Shown here: positions 17,933 to 26,728 of the stretch, piece after piece
Layout: each line of letters starts with the position of its first letter
Position numbering within the stretch: position 1 is the stretch's first letter
Assembly (NCBI GenBank): GCA_023247255.1
Contig: JAHFGV010000010.1
Location: 2,830 to 66,829, forward strand
DNA from: Candidatus Omnitrophota bacterium
Lineage (GTDB): Bacteria; Omnitrophota; Gorgyraeia; Aquiviventales; Aquiviventaceae
Length of the DNA stretch: 64,000 nucleotides
Reading direction: 5' to 3'
The notes under the pieces: model-generated
What the model saw: only the letters and a program-made list of their open reading frames with translations
What the model was told of the DNA's origin: nothing
Database searches by the model: none
Program-made: the position numbers and the translations under genes

Positions 17933-18865
17933 ATGGCTCGAGCTCCAAGAATCAACCTGGCTGGCGGACTATTCCATGTGACTCAACGGGGGAATAATCG
18001 CCAGCCCATTTTCTTAGATGATAAAGATCGGCGCGCTTTTCTTGAGCGTGTGGCTCGGTTCCGAGGACCTTTTAAATGTTCTGTGCATGCCTACTGTTTG
18101 ATGGATAATCACGTACACCTGCTTTTGGAGACTCAGGAGGCCAATCTTTCTGCTTTTGCCCAGCGATTGTTTGCCTCCTACACATTATGGTTCAACCGCA
18201 AGCACGAGCAGGTGGGACACGTTTTCCAGGGGCGGTTTAAATCGATTCTTGTAGAGAAGGATGCGTATTTGCTCGAGTTGTCACGATACATTCATCTCAA
18301 TCCAGTTAAGGCAAAACTTGTAGTGAAGCCAGAGGAATATCGTTGGTCAAGCATGCGCAGTTACCTGGGGATGGAAGGTGTCGAGAGCTGGGTTACCACA
18401 CGAGACGTACTGGCATACTTTACGGGTAGACGCCAGGAATATTTGGCATTTGTCTATGGCAGGATGGGGGTAGAGGACCCAGGATTTATAACTCGGGGCG
18501 ATTGCTTAGGTTCTCACGCGTTCATTGAAGAAGTTCAGACACAGTTCAGAAATGGAGAACATCAGAGGACGCAGGCTCTCGATAGGAAAACGGAGGATGC
18601 GGCCAAGTTAGCAAAGGTGAGTCGATTGTTAGGCATGGATGAGACGACGATGAGGAAGAAGCATGCGAAGGGTAGGGAGTCCGCTCGGGCGCGAGCCATG
18701 CTAGGATATGTGCTGCGCAGGACAACATCGATGACGCATGCAGAGATTGGGCGAGTCTTGGGGGGAGTGTCTGCGGCTGGCGTTGCCTCGCAAGCAGAGA
18801 AGGTGGCGCGCTTGCCAAAGTTACGAGACAAGGCAGACAGAATAATTAAAATAACAAATGCCTGA
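17933..18865 (+). CDS. Y1 HUH (IS200-like, Transposase_17 family) transposase fused to a C-terminal DnaA-C-like HTH domain
   Basis: HUH motif HVHLLLE and catalytic-Tyr region RYIHLNPVKAKLV...YRWSSMRSY. C-terminal MLGYVLRRTTSMTHAEIGRVLGGVSAAGVASQAEKV resembles the DnaA domain IV HTH. Confidence 0.75.
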   Translation: MARAPRINLAGGLFHVTQRGNNRQPIFLDDKDRRAFLERVARFRGPFKCSVHAYCLMDNHVHLLLETQEANLSAFAQRLFASYTLWFNRKHEQVGHVFQGRFKSILVEKDAYLLELSRYIHLNPVKAKLVVKPEEYRWSSMRSYLGMEGVESWVTTRDVLAYFTGRRQEYLAFVYGRMGVEDPGFITRGDCLGSHAFIEEVQTQFRNGEHQRTQALDRKTEDAAKLAKVSRLLGMDETTMRKKHAKGRESARARAMLGYVLRRTTSMTHAEIGRVLGGVSAAGVASQAEKVARLPKLRDKADRIIKITNA

Positions 18866-19083
18866 CCCCAACCTACGTCCGACAGGCTACGGCTTTGGAA
18901 GAATTGTTGGTTGTGGGCGCGAACCACATGAAGCCGGCCGATTTCACCTGTCTTGCTGGGCACCCGAGTTTGCGGCGAGCGAGTATCGGATTAGGAAGTG
19001 ATAAGAAGAATCGCGCGGTAAAGGAATACCTGCCATTTCCACCGATGGAGATCATGGAGGGCGGCTTTGATTTCAGGTAGGTC

Positions 19084-19974
19084 GTGACTGGTCTCCAAAT
19101 TTTGGCTGCCAGATGGGTGAGGGGGAGCATGGGTGAGCGCTTAGTGTTGGATCTCGAGACGCAGCGGGAATTCAACGAGGTTGAGGGCCGAAAGCCTGAG
19201 CTGCTCGGAATCTCAGTCGTCGGGCTCTACAGCTACGAGACCGACCGCTACGACGCCTACTTAGAGGTGGACCTGGAAAAGCTTGCGCCACGGCTGCAAG
19301 CAGCCGATTTGATTATCGGTTTCAACATTCGGCGATTTGACCTGCCGGTGCTGCAGCCGTATCTTTCCTTTTCGGTTTCGACTTTACCGATTCTGGATAT
19401 TATCGAGGAGGCCGTCAAGAATCTGGGGCATCGCGTCAGCCTCGAAAGCCTTGCCCAGGCGACCCTGGGACGGGGAAAAACCGGCCACGGATTGGAAGCG
19501 CTGCGTTGGTTCAAGGAAGGACGGTTGGATCTTATCACGAAGTATTGCCTGGATGACGTTAAACTCACCAAGGAACTCTACGACTACGGAAAGCAAAACG
19601 GCAGGCTTTTTGCGACCAGCCGTTTCAACAATGATAAGCTCACCATCACCGTCTTCTGGCCCGATCGCAAGCGGGATCTGGCAACGATTGCAAAGATGCT
19701 TCAGGAATCGTTTGAGAAGAGGCTTCAGGTGAAAATCGAATATTTTTCCAACAGCGCGCTCAGAGAAGTTGCGGCCGCTTTTGTCTCGAAAGAAACTCCC
19801 ACGCGCGAGCGCTGCGTCGATATCTACGTCATCCGCGAGCCCTACTTCGAGGGCTACTGCCACTTCCGCAACGACGTCCGTCAATTTCGCATCGACCGCG
19901 TCCTCGACGTTAAACCCACCTGGCAGCGCTACACGATTCCCGCGGATTACATCCCCCAGGCGGCCGCCGAATAG
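19084..19974 (+). CDS. DEDD-type 3'-5' exonuclease (RNase H-like fold) fused to a C-terminal WYL-like ligand-binding domain
   Basis: Exo motifs LVLDLET (Exo I), GFNIRRFDLPVL (Exo II), YCLDDVKLTKELY (Exo III). The C-terminus CHFRNDVRQFRIDRVLDVKPTWQRYTIPADY fits the WYL R-x-FR-ldRI signature. Confidence 0.6.
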   Translation: MTGLQILAARWVRGSMGERLVLDLETQREFNEVEGRKPELLGISVVGLYSYETDRYDAYLEVDLEKLAPRLQAADLIIGFNIRRFDLPVLQPYLSFSVSTLPILDIIEEAVKNLGHRVSLESLAQATLGRGKTGHGLEALRWFKEGRLDLITKYCLDDVKLTKELYDYGKQNGRLFATSRFNNDKLTITVFWPDRKRDLATIAKMLQESFEKRLQVKIEYFSNSALREVAAAFVSKETPTRERCVDIYVIREPYFEGYCHFRNDVRQFRIDRVLDVKPTWQRYTIPADYIPQAAAE

Positions 19975-19979
19975 CTCGA

Positions 19980-20732
19980 ATGCAGGTGACGATTTTGGGT
20001 GCTGGGACAGCGATTCCAGCCGCACGCTTCAGCCCTGCGGGCATCTACGTCCAGGCTGGGGATGAACACCTCTTGCTGGATGCTGGGGCGGGCAGTCTCC
20101 AGCGTCTTCAACGCATGGGCGTCACCTTCTTGGATTTGGATCGACTCTTCCTGACGCACTTCCATCCGGATCATTGTCTGGATCTGGTTTCGATCCTGTT
20201 TGCGATGCGGCTGCCGCAGCCTGCGCGTCGCAAGCCGTTCTTCATCTATGGTCCACGTGGGCTCAAACGTCTGTATGAAGCACTTGATAGAGCATTCAAG
20301 GGAGTGCTGGCCCCGCGCACCTACCGCCTGGATCTTAAAGAAATTGGAACGACGCGGATCACAGCTTCCGGCTATGTCGTCACCACGCAGCCGATGAATC
20401 ATTCGGCGCTGTGCTACGGCTATCGGATCGAATCAGCCGGACGGGTGGTTGCCTATTCCGGAGACACAGACCTGTGCGCAGGGATTGTGAAACTGGGCAA
20501 GAACGCGGATCTGTTGATTCTCGAATGTTCGATGCCGGATGAACGTAAAGTTCCTGGGCATCTGACTCCGAGTGAGTGCGGGCAAATCGCTGCCGAGGCG
20601 AAATGCAAGCGTCTGGTTTTGACTCATTTCTATCCTCTGCTCAGAGGCTACGACATCCGAAGGCGCGTTCGACGCACCTTCCGAGGCCCTGTAATCCTAG
20701 CCTGTGATCGGACCTGCCTCGAGTTATCTTGA
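19980..20732 (+). CDS. MBL-fold metallo-hydrolase (RNase Z/BN-like short form)
   Basis: HxHxDH motif LTHFHPDHCLDL and further His/Asp ligands (SGDTD, HLTPSE, LTHFYP). Confidence 0.75.
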   Translation: MQVTILGAGTAIPAARFSPAGIYVQAGDEHLLLDAGAGSLQRLQRMGVTFLDLDRLFLTHFHPDHCLDLVSILFAMRLPQPARRKPFFIYGPRGLKRLYEALDRAFKGVLAPRTYRLDLKEIGTTRITASGYVVTTQPMNHSALCYGYRIESAGRVVAYSGDTDLCAGIVKLGKNADLLILECSMPDERKVPGHLTPSECGQIAAEAKCKRLVLTHFYPLLRGYDIRRRVRRTFRGPVILACDRTCLELS

Positions 20733-21065
20733 TTGGGTCTTCTCTTTCACCCCGCCGAAGTCAACACAGGTGCCACCTCGATAAGAATCGGGGTGGGGCT
20801 CCACACGCTCTGTAGCACGTTTTCTGCAACAGCCAGCAATTCCACATCATGAGCTTTAGGCAAACGGGATGTTTTTCCGTAACCGGCTAAGAGCCCAACG
20901 GAAAGAGCCCCCTGAGCCGAGTTGCAGGATCGATGGAGTTTCACCCAGCATCTTTTCTTGTCTGCTCTTGAATAATCCGCGAACCCTGTGGCATGCTTAA
21001 CGTTGACGCGTGCCTGAGGTTGTCGTTTGCCCCAGGGACAAACACGCCCGTCTGTTCCTCTATTA

Positions 21066-21245
21066 TTACTGAGGTTTTGAAAAATGCATCGAGATGAGTG
21101 GCAGTGCTCACGTCTGTGTCATGAGTCATGTGTCAGGTGTCATGAAAAAGCAGAAAATAAACAGGCACCTCAAGTATGGCCAAAGGGCTCCTTTTGCTTT
21201 CCATGACTCATGAAACATGACACAATCCTCATTACTTCTCTTGGG
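21066..21245. repeat. Composite palindromic repeat, copy 1 (modules C-rev, B, D-rev)
   Basis: Contains AAATGCATCGAGAT...GTGCTCACGTCTG, the CATGACACA palindrome block with the central AAAAAGCAGAAAATAAACAGG...GGCCAAAG...TTTTGCTTTCCATG, and AATCCTCATTACTTCTCTTGGG. It matches the copies at 25905, 26262, 52500, 57730 and 61620. Confidence 0.7.
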
Positions 21246-21262
21246 ACAGGACACGACACTTC

Positions 21263-21511
21263 ATGTCTCTAAAGAAGCAAGGATATGGCAGTATTGCCGT
21301 TGCGAAGACGATTGGAATTTCCTTACGGCAGCTTTATTACTGGGTGGATGTTCTGCATGCGACAGCCCCCCGCACTCACCAGCATGGCCTGAGGCGATTC
21401 CGCCGCTTCAGTCCCCAGGATCTTCAACGGCTTAAGGCGATTCGAAGCCTGACGCAACAGGGCTACATGTTGCGGGCGGCCATCCGGATAGCCAAGCAGC
21501 GCTCACGGTAA
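21263..21511 (+). CDS. Short MerR-family HTH transcriptional regulator
   Basis: IAVAKTIGISLRQLYYWVDVL...RRFSPQDLQRLKAIRSLTQQGYMLRAAI matches the MerR N-terminal HTH plus the first dimerisation helix. It starts 18 nt after repeat copy 1. Confidence 0.5.
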   Translation: MSLKKQGYGSIAVAKTIGISLRQLYYWVDVLHATAPRTHQHGLRRFRRFSPQDLQRLKAIRSLTQQGYMLRAAIRIAKQRSR

Positions 21512-21691
21512 TCAGTCCTGCCGATTGACCCCGCAAAACCATCCCGTACAGTTATAGTATATGGCCCATGGCCTGTGTCGCTTCGCGGGGTTCCGCCCCC
21601 CGCGCAGGTCCGCCTCGACGGGGTATCTTTGCGGGGGTGAGCCGCACCTACGCGGGGGACCCCACACTCCCAAGCGAAGCCAAAATGGCTC

Positions 21692-21734
21692 TTGACATAT
21701 TCCGCATTAATGTTTAATGTTCTACATTAATGTA
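21692..21734 (+). promoter_or_regulatory. Candidate sigma70 promoter (TTGACA-N17-TAATGT) with two palindromic sites CATTAATG (21705-21712) and TACATTAATGTA (21723-21734)
   Basis: Read directly. Lies ~250 nt upstream of the SBBP/PKD protein gene. Preceded by a GC-rich CGCGGGG repeat block (21578-21680). Confidence 0.4.
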
Positions 21735-21986
21735 GAAGATTTAGCTTGCGGATCTATCCACAAAGCGTGAGAGACTCCCAGGTGTCAGTGATTTCGCTCC
21801 CTCGCATAACGATCCTTCCTCGTTTTTCTTCCGTATGGTTCCATCCACCGGCATTGTATCGAAATGGGACGACCCCGCCATTGCGCCACCAAGCTTTGCT
21901 TCACCCCCAAAAATCGCGGAGCGATTTCGGGAGGTTTTATCGGGATCACTCGTGTCTTTAACCGCAACACTTAAACGGGAGGGACC

Positions 21987-24900
21987 ATGCGTTATCTTGG
22001 GTGTTTATGGGGCAAACAACGAAAGGGGATTCTCTGTAGTTTCCTAGCCCTTGGCTTAGCAGCCTTGAGTCTGTCAGGCCTTAGGTTTTTTTCTCACCCA
22101 AGACTCGCGGCGTCTGTCGAGGTTTTAAATGAGGACACAGGCAAAAGCGCCCATCTGCTTAGGGCTTACGGGAGACTTCCCCTGATATTTGAAGCCAATC
22201 AAGGGCAGGCGAGTCAGGAAGTTCGATTTCTATCTCGGGGAAGCGGGTACTTGTTCTTGTTGACCTCCACAGGGGAAGCGCTCATTTTGAGCCGAATGGC
22301 AAACACGCAAGAGTCGATTCTAAACAACCCCGCCGTCGGGCCACAGCCTTCGGCCGTTGGCCCAGTTGGTTCGCTTGAACGACTGGGTGGGCAGGATGTC
22401 GCCCCACTCGAAACGGACTTGCCGGTGCCACAGGTTCATCCCGTGGGGCTCCTCCCCGCCATCGGGCCACGGCCTTCGGCTGTTGGCCCAGTTGGTTTGC
22501 TTAAGCGAACGGGTGGGCGGGATGTCGCCCCACTCGAAGCGGACTTGCCGGTGCCACAGGTTCATCCCGTGGGGCTCCACGATACAGCGAATTCTCAGGC
22601 ATTCCCGTCGGATTCACAGCGACACGCACAGCGTTCTTCCTCCAAGGTTCTGCGCATGGAGCTGATCGGCGCCAATCCCCAGCCAAAGGGGGTGGGTCTG
22701 GAGCGGCTTGCTGGGGAAACGCATTATTTCTTCGGCAACGATCCGAATCAATGGCGCACACACATCCCGACCTACACAAAAGTGCAATACACAAATGTGT
22801 ATCCGGGGGTGGATCTGGTCTACTATGGGAATCAAGGTCAACTGGAGCATGACTTCATCGTTGCCCCTGGGGTCGACCCGCATATTATCCTGCTGCGTTT
22901 TGAAGGTTCCGATTTCTTGGAAGTGGATGAGCGGGGCGATTTGGTTGTGCATTTGGCTGACGGCCAACTCCGGTTGCACAAGCCGATCATCTATCAGGAG
23001 GTCGATGGTATCCGAAAGCCCATCACCGGCGGGTATATTCTCAACGCTCAAGGCCAGGTGGGTTTTCAGATTGCCGCCTACGATGTGCATCAGGCACTCG
23101 TCATTGATCCGGTTCTCAGCTACTCCACCTATCTGGGGGGCACTGGCATTGAAGGCAATGCCGATGTTGCCCTAGATTCTTTCGGCAATGCTTACGTGGC
23201 CGGCACTACTCCATCGACGGACTTTCCCACGATGAATCCTTTCCAATCCACGAGCAACGGCAGCTTCGATCTGTTCGTGGCAAAACTCGACCCCACAGGC
23301 TCGGTGCTTGTCTATTCCACTTACCTGGGTGGAAGCGGAACCGAAACAGGAAGACTCACCGTGGATGGCTTGGGCAACGCCTACTTGATTGGGACAACGA
23401 CCTCGCTTGACTTTCCAACAGCCAGTCCCTTCCAGGCTAGTCATGGTGGCGGCCCCAGCCCTCAAGACGCGTTTGTGACTAAGCTGAACCCGACAGGCTC
23501 TGCGCTTGTCTACTCGAGCTATCTGGGAGGCCTGGGCGACGACCGTGGCATTGACATCGCCGTGGATGGCTCTGGCAACGCCTACATAGTGGGGGATACC
23601 GGTAACGCGATCTTCAATAATTTTCCAACCACAGCCGGCGCTTTTCAAACGAGCCCCCAGGGCACGGATGGTTTTGTCGCCCAGTTGGATGCTACAGGTT
23701 CCACCCTTGTCTATTCCACATTCCTTGGAGGAAGTGGATTAGAGACAGCCGCAAGCGTCGTCGTTAACAACTCCGGAAATGCCTACATAGTCGGAAGCAC
23801 GGATTCAACCGACTTTCCTGTCGTCAATGCCTTCCAATCCGCGCTTGGCGGAGGATCCGATTTGTTTGTAACGAAACTGAATACCACAGGAACGACGTTG
23901 GTCTATTCCACCTATCTGGGTGGAAATAGTGATGATGAGGCAGGGGTGGGAATCGCCATCGATTCCTCTGAGAACGCCTATGTGACCGGCTCCACGCAGT
24001 CAACCGATTTCCCTACAGCGAATCCCTTCCAGGGTGTGTTCGGAGGTGGTTTCCGAGATGCCGTGGTGACGAAGCTGAATCCCACCGGATCGGTGCTCGT
24101 CTACTCCACCTACCTCGGCGGCAGCGACGATGATATCGGTCGGTCGATCGGGGTGACTTCCGCAGGCGGCGCCTACGTTGTGGGGGATACCCAATCGACG
24201 GACTTTCCAACGATGAATCCCATTCAATCGACGCTTAGTGGTGGCTTCGATGCCTTTGTGGTCAAGTTCAACCCATCGGGATCGGTTCTCGATCATTCTA
24301 CCTATCTTGGTGGCAATGGTAGCGAGCGCGGTACCGGGATTGCCACAGACGCTTCCGGTAACCTCTACGTGGCAGGGGGCACGGTATCTACTAATTTTCC
24401 GACGAAGAATCCGGTGCAGGATATGCTCAAGGGCATTCAGGACAGTTTCGTTGCGAAGATCGATATGGTCAACGATCCGCCGGTTGCGCTATCGGATGGA
24501 CCGTTTTTGGGAGTGGAGGGCTTCCCTGTGCAGATGGACGCATCGGCTTCCTCCGATCCTGAAAACGAGCCGCTGACCTTCAATTGGGTTTTTGGAGATA
24601 GCTCGACGCTGGTGACGACGCAGGCGGCTATCGAGCACACATATCCAAATCCTGGAACCTTCACGGTCAGTCTTGTGGTCAACGATAGTCAACTCGACTC
24701 ACTCGCCTTCATTACTCAGGCATCCATCGGGTTTACGGGCGGTGGTCAGCGCAGTGACGTCAATGCCTTTTTGGCTTACATCAGCCCGGTAGCGTCGAGC
24801 ACGACCCTCTCGTCTGGCACGACGAGCTTCGACGTCACCCTCCTCTACGGAGAGACGATTGATGCGCAAACCTTCCAGGCCGTTCTCAATGGGCAGCCTG

Positions 24901-25052
24901 TCGGAGGCTTTACACCCATTGCGGGTACCAGCCAAACGGTTAGCCTTCCACTATCTGTGGGACGGAATGTGTTGCTCCTGTCGGTGGATGGAACCCGATC
25001 GGATGGGCGGATCGCTACCGATCGGGATCGATTAGTCCTCATTGTTCCCTGA
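21987..25052 (+). CDS. Large secreted beta-propeller (SBBP-type repeat) protein with C-terminal PKD domain
   Basis: Signal peptide. At least 8 repeats of the pattern YSTYLGG(S/N)G.D.G.GIA.D..GNAY(V/I)(T/V)G.T.STDFPT.NPFQ. PKD-like segment FNWVFGDSSTLVTTQAAIEHTYPNPGTFTVSLVVND. Internal 125-bp tandem duplication at 22330-22580. Confidence 0.75.
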   Translation: MRYLGCLWGKQRKGILCSFLALGLAALSLSGLRFFSHPRLAASVEVLNEDTGKSAHLLRAYGRLPLIFEANQGQASQEVRFLSRGSGYLFLLTSTGEALILSRMANTQESILNNPAVGPQPSAVGPVGSLERLGGQDVAPLETDLPVPQVHPVGLLPAIGPRPSAVGPVGLLKRTGGRDVAPLEADLPVPQVHPVGLHDTANSQAFPSDSQRHAQRSSSKVLRMELIGANPQPKGVGLERLAGETHYFFGNDPNQWRTHIPTYTKVQYTNVYPGVDLVYYGNQGQLEHDFIVAPGVDPHIILLRFEGSDFLEVDERGDLVVHLADGQLRLHKPIIYQEVDGIRKPITGGYILNAQGQVGFQIAAYDVHQALVIDPVLSYSTYLGGTGIEGNADVALDSFGNAYVAGTTPSTDFPTMNPFQSTSNGSFDLFVAKLDPTGSVLVYSTYLGGSGTETGRLTVDGLGNAYLIGTTTSLDFPTASPFQASHGGGPSPQDAFVTKLNPTGSALVYSSYLGGLGDDRGIDIAVDGSGNAYIVGDTGNAIFNNFPTTAGAFQTSPQGTDGFVAQLDATGSTLVYSTFLGGSGLETAASVVVNNSGNAYIVGSTDSTDFPVVNAFQSALGGGSDLFVTKLNTTGTTLVYSTYLGGNSDDEAGVGIAIDSSENAYVTGSTQSTDFPTANPFQGVFGGGFRDAVVTKLNPTGSVLVYSTYLGGSDDDIGRSIGVTSAGGAYVVGDTQSTDFPTMNPIQSTLSGGFDAFVVKFNPSGSVLDHSTYLGGNGSERGTGIATDASGNLYVAGGTVSTNFPTKNPVQDMLKGIQDSFVAKIDMVNDPPVALSDGPFLGVEGFPVQMDASASSDPENEPLTFNWVFGDSSTLVTTQAAIEHTYPNPGTFTVSLVVNDSQLDSLAFITQASIGFTGGGQRSDVNAFLAYISPVASSTTLSSGTTSFDVTLLYGETIDAQTFQAVLNGQPVGGFTPIAGTSQTVSLPLSVGRNVLLLSVDGTRSDGRIATDRDRLVLIVP

Positions 25053-25080
25053 GGAACGACAGAAGACGAGTATCTGTAGA

Positions 25081-25710
25081 GCCCATCCCTAAACCCTAGC
25101 GTGAGAAGCAAAGCGACCAAAGGCCGCCAGATGCAAGGAGCGACGACGAGACGTAAAGCGTGTGCGATACGGCGAACAGGACAGACGCCGCAGATGGCGG
25201 CCGTTCGCCGCAACCCGAAGGGCTGGGCCGATGGGCTGCGCCGTGCGGCGTTGCTCGTCGTCGCCATACTTCTGTTTCCAAAAGTCATATCTGCTCCTCG
25301 CCCTTGACAAGCTTGTCTCGACCTTGACACAGAATGTCAAGGTCAAGGGCGAACGCCTTGAACGGCTTGCCTATACTGATGTCGATGAGTTATAGTTGCC
25401 GCATTGGAGCTGCCAGATCTGAGCCGAGTCCAAGGCGCGACGACGCAGGCGTACTCGCGAAGCAGCAGTACGCCAAGGAGGAGCAACGCAGGAGTCGGCC
25501 AGAGATGGCAGCTCCCCCCTGATAGCGTAACGTGGGGCGGGGCGTGCTTGGCGCTAGCCTTCGTTGCTCGTCGCTTATGTACTGGTAATCCAGTACACTG
25601 TGCTCCTCGCGTCTCGGCCAGCATCCAAGCACGCTCCCGCCAATGCGGCAACTATAACTCATCGACATCAGTTTCGCCCAGCGCGGCCACGCTAGGATTT
25701 AGGGATGGGC
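25081..25710. mobile_element. MITE-like non-autonomous element (~630 bp) with 23-bp terminal inverted repeats (GCCCATCCCTAAA[C/T]CCTAGCGTG), 5-bp TGTAG target duplication and nested internal inverted repeats
   Basis: The left TIR at 25081-25103 equals the reverse complement of the right TIR at 25688-25710 with one mismatch. TGTAG flanks both ends. Inner perfect 31-bp IR at 25377-25407 and 25640-25671. Palindrome cluster with two TTGACA motifs at 25280-25345. No ORF of credible size inside. Confidence 0.6.
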
Positions 25711-25904
25711 TGTAGCTTTCTTAAGAGGATTCCTCGGCTCTGTGTGTGTTTCCTCATCGAGGAACGCACTAACAGAATGCTGAAAAACGCCAGTCGGTTC
25801 AGGGTTCTGGGCTGGGGGCCAGGACCCGTCTCACCGACGAGCGGTAGTGTATTTGTCCTGAACCCTCAACCCGGAACCACGAAGGGCTTTTCCGCAGCCT
25901 GCTG

Positions 25905-26215
25905 GGTTGGGACTGGGCTTTTGAAAAAATAGCCAACGCGTTGACCGAGTGTTGTGTCATTTCCCAAGAGAAGGAATGAGGATTGTGTCATGTTTCATGA
26001 GTCATGGAAAGCAAAAGGAGCCCTTTGGCCATACTTGAGGTGCCTGTTTATTTTCCGCTTTTTCAGGACACATAAACCATGAAACATGACACAGACGTGA
26101 GTAGTGGATATTAAAACCATGATTTACTTTCTCCCTGCTCATGGGCCACTTGGCCACTAACCTCGATGCATTTTGCAAAACCTCAGTTGGGAGGTAAATG
26201 CTTTAACCCTTTGCA
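25905..26215. repeat. Composite palindromic repeat, copy 2 (modules A, D, B, C with 45-bp insert)
   Basis: AACTGGGCTTTTG..AATAGCCAACGCGTTGACCGAGTGTTGTGTCAT, CCCAAGAGAAGGAATGAGGATTGTGTCATG, the CATGACACA palindrome block, and GACGTGAGTA...CTCGATGCATTTTGCAAAAC. Confidence 0.7.
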
Positions 26216-26224
26216 GTAGGCGGA

Positions 26225-26550
26225 TCTCCCGACCAAAATTCCGCACGCAATCTCCCACTCTACTGTTGTGTTATTTCCCAAGAGAAGTAATGAGGACTGT
26301 GTCATGTTTCATGACTCATGTGTCATGAAAGACTGTTTCATGTTTTATGTGTCATGAGTCATGGAAAGCAAAAGGAGCACTTTGGCCCTGTCTGAGATGC
26401 CTGCCTATTTTCTGCTTTTTCATGACACATAAACCATGAAACATGACACAGACGTGAGTACTGGAGCTTAGAATCATGATTTACTTTCTTCCTGGCCATG
26501 GGCCACTTGGCCACTAACCTCGATGCATTTTGCAAAACGTCAGTTAGAAT
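26225..26550. repeat. Composite palindromic repeat, copy 3 (tandem to copy 2; modules D, expanded B, C with insert)
   Basis: About 90% identical to copy 2 over ~300 bp, with an internal extra CATGTTTCATGACTCATGTGTCATG unit. Ends 180 nt upstream of htpX. Confidence 0.7.
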
Positions 26551-26728
26551 TCTGTCAATCCCACCCCTTCACCGGTTTTCCCCACGCGTGTGGGGATGGG
26601 GCGACGGTCCTCATCGAACTTTGACAGATCCTCGTGGAAGCGTCTATAATGGAGAAAGCTATCGATTGAATCCTGCCCCACGAGGTCGTGCGCACATTCC
26701 AAACACATTTCAAGAGGAGGAGAAACGG

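Noticed and set aside
22282-23648. Minus-strand ORFs of 86-158 aa within the SBBP/PKD gene
   Set aside because: Antisense to a 1021-aa ORF with clear repeat/domain structure. Two of them arise from the internal 125-bp duplication.
25089-25668. Small overlapping ORFs on both strands inside the MITE-like element
   Set aside because: All are under 105 aa, mutually overlapping, Arg/Ala-rich, and lie within nested inverted repeats. The region is better explained as non-coding.
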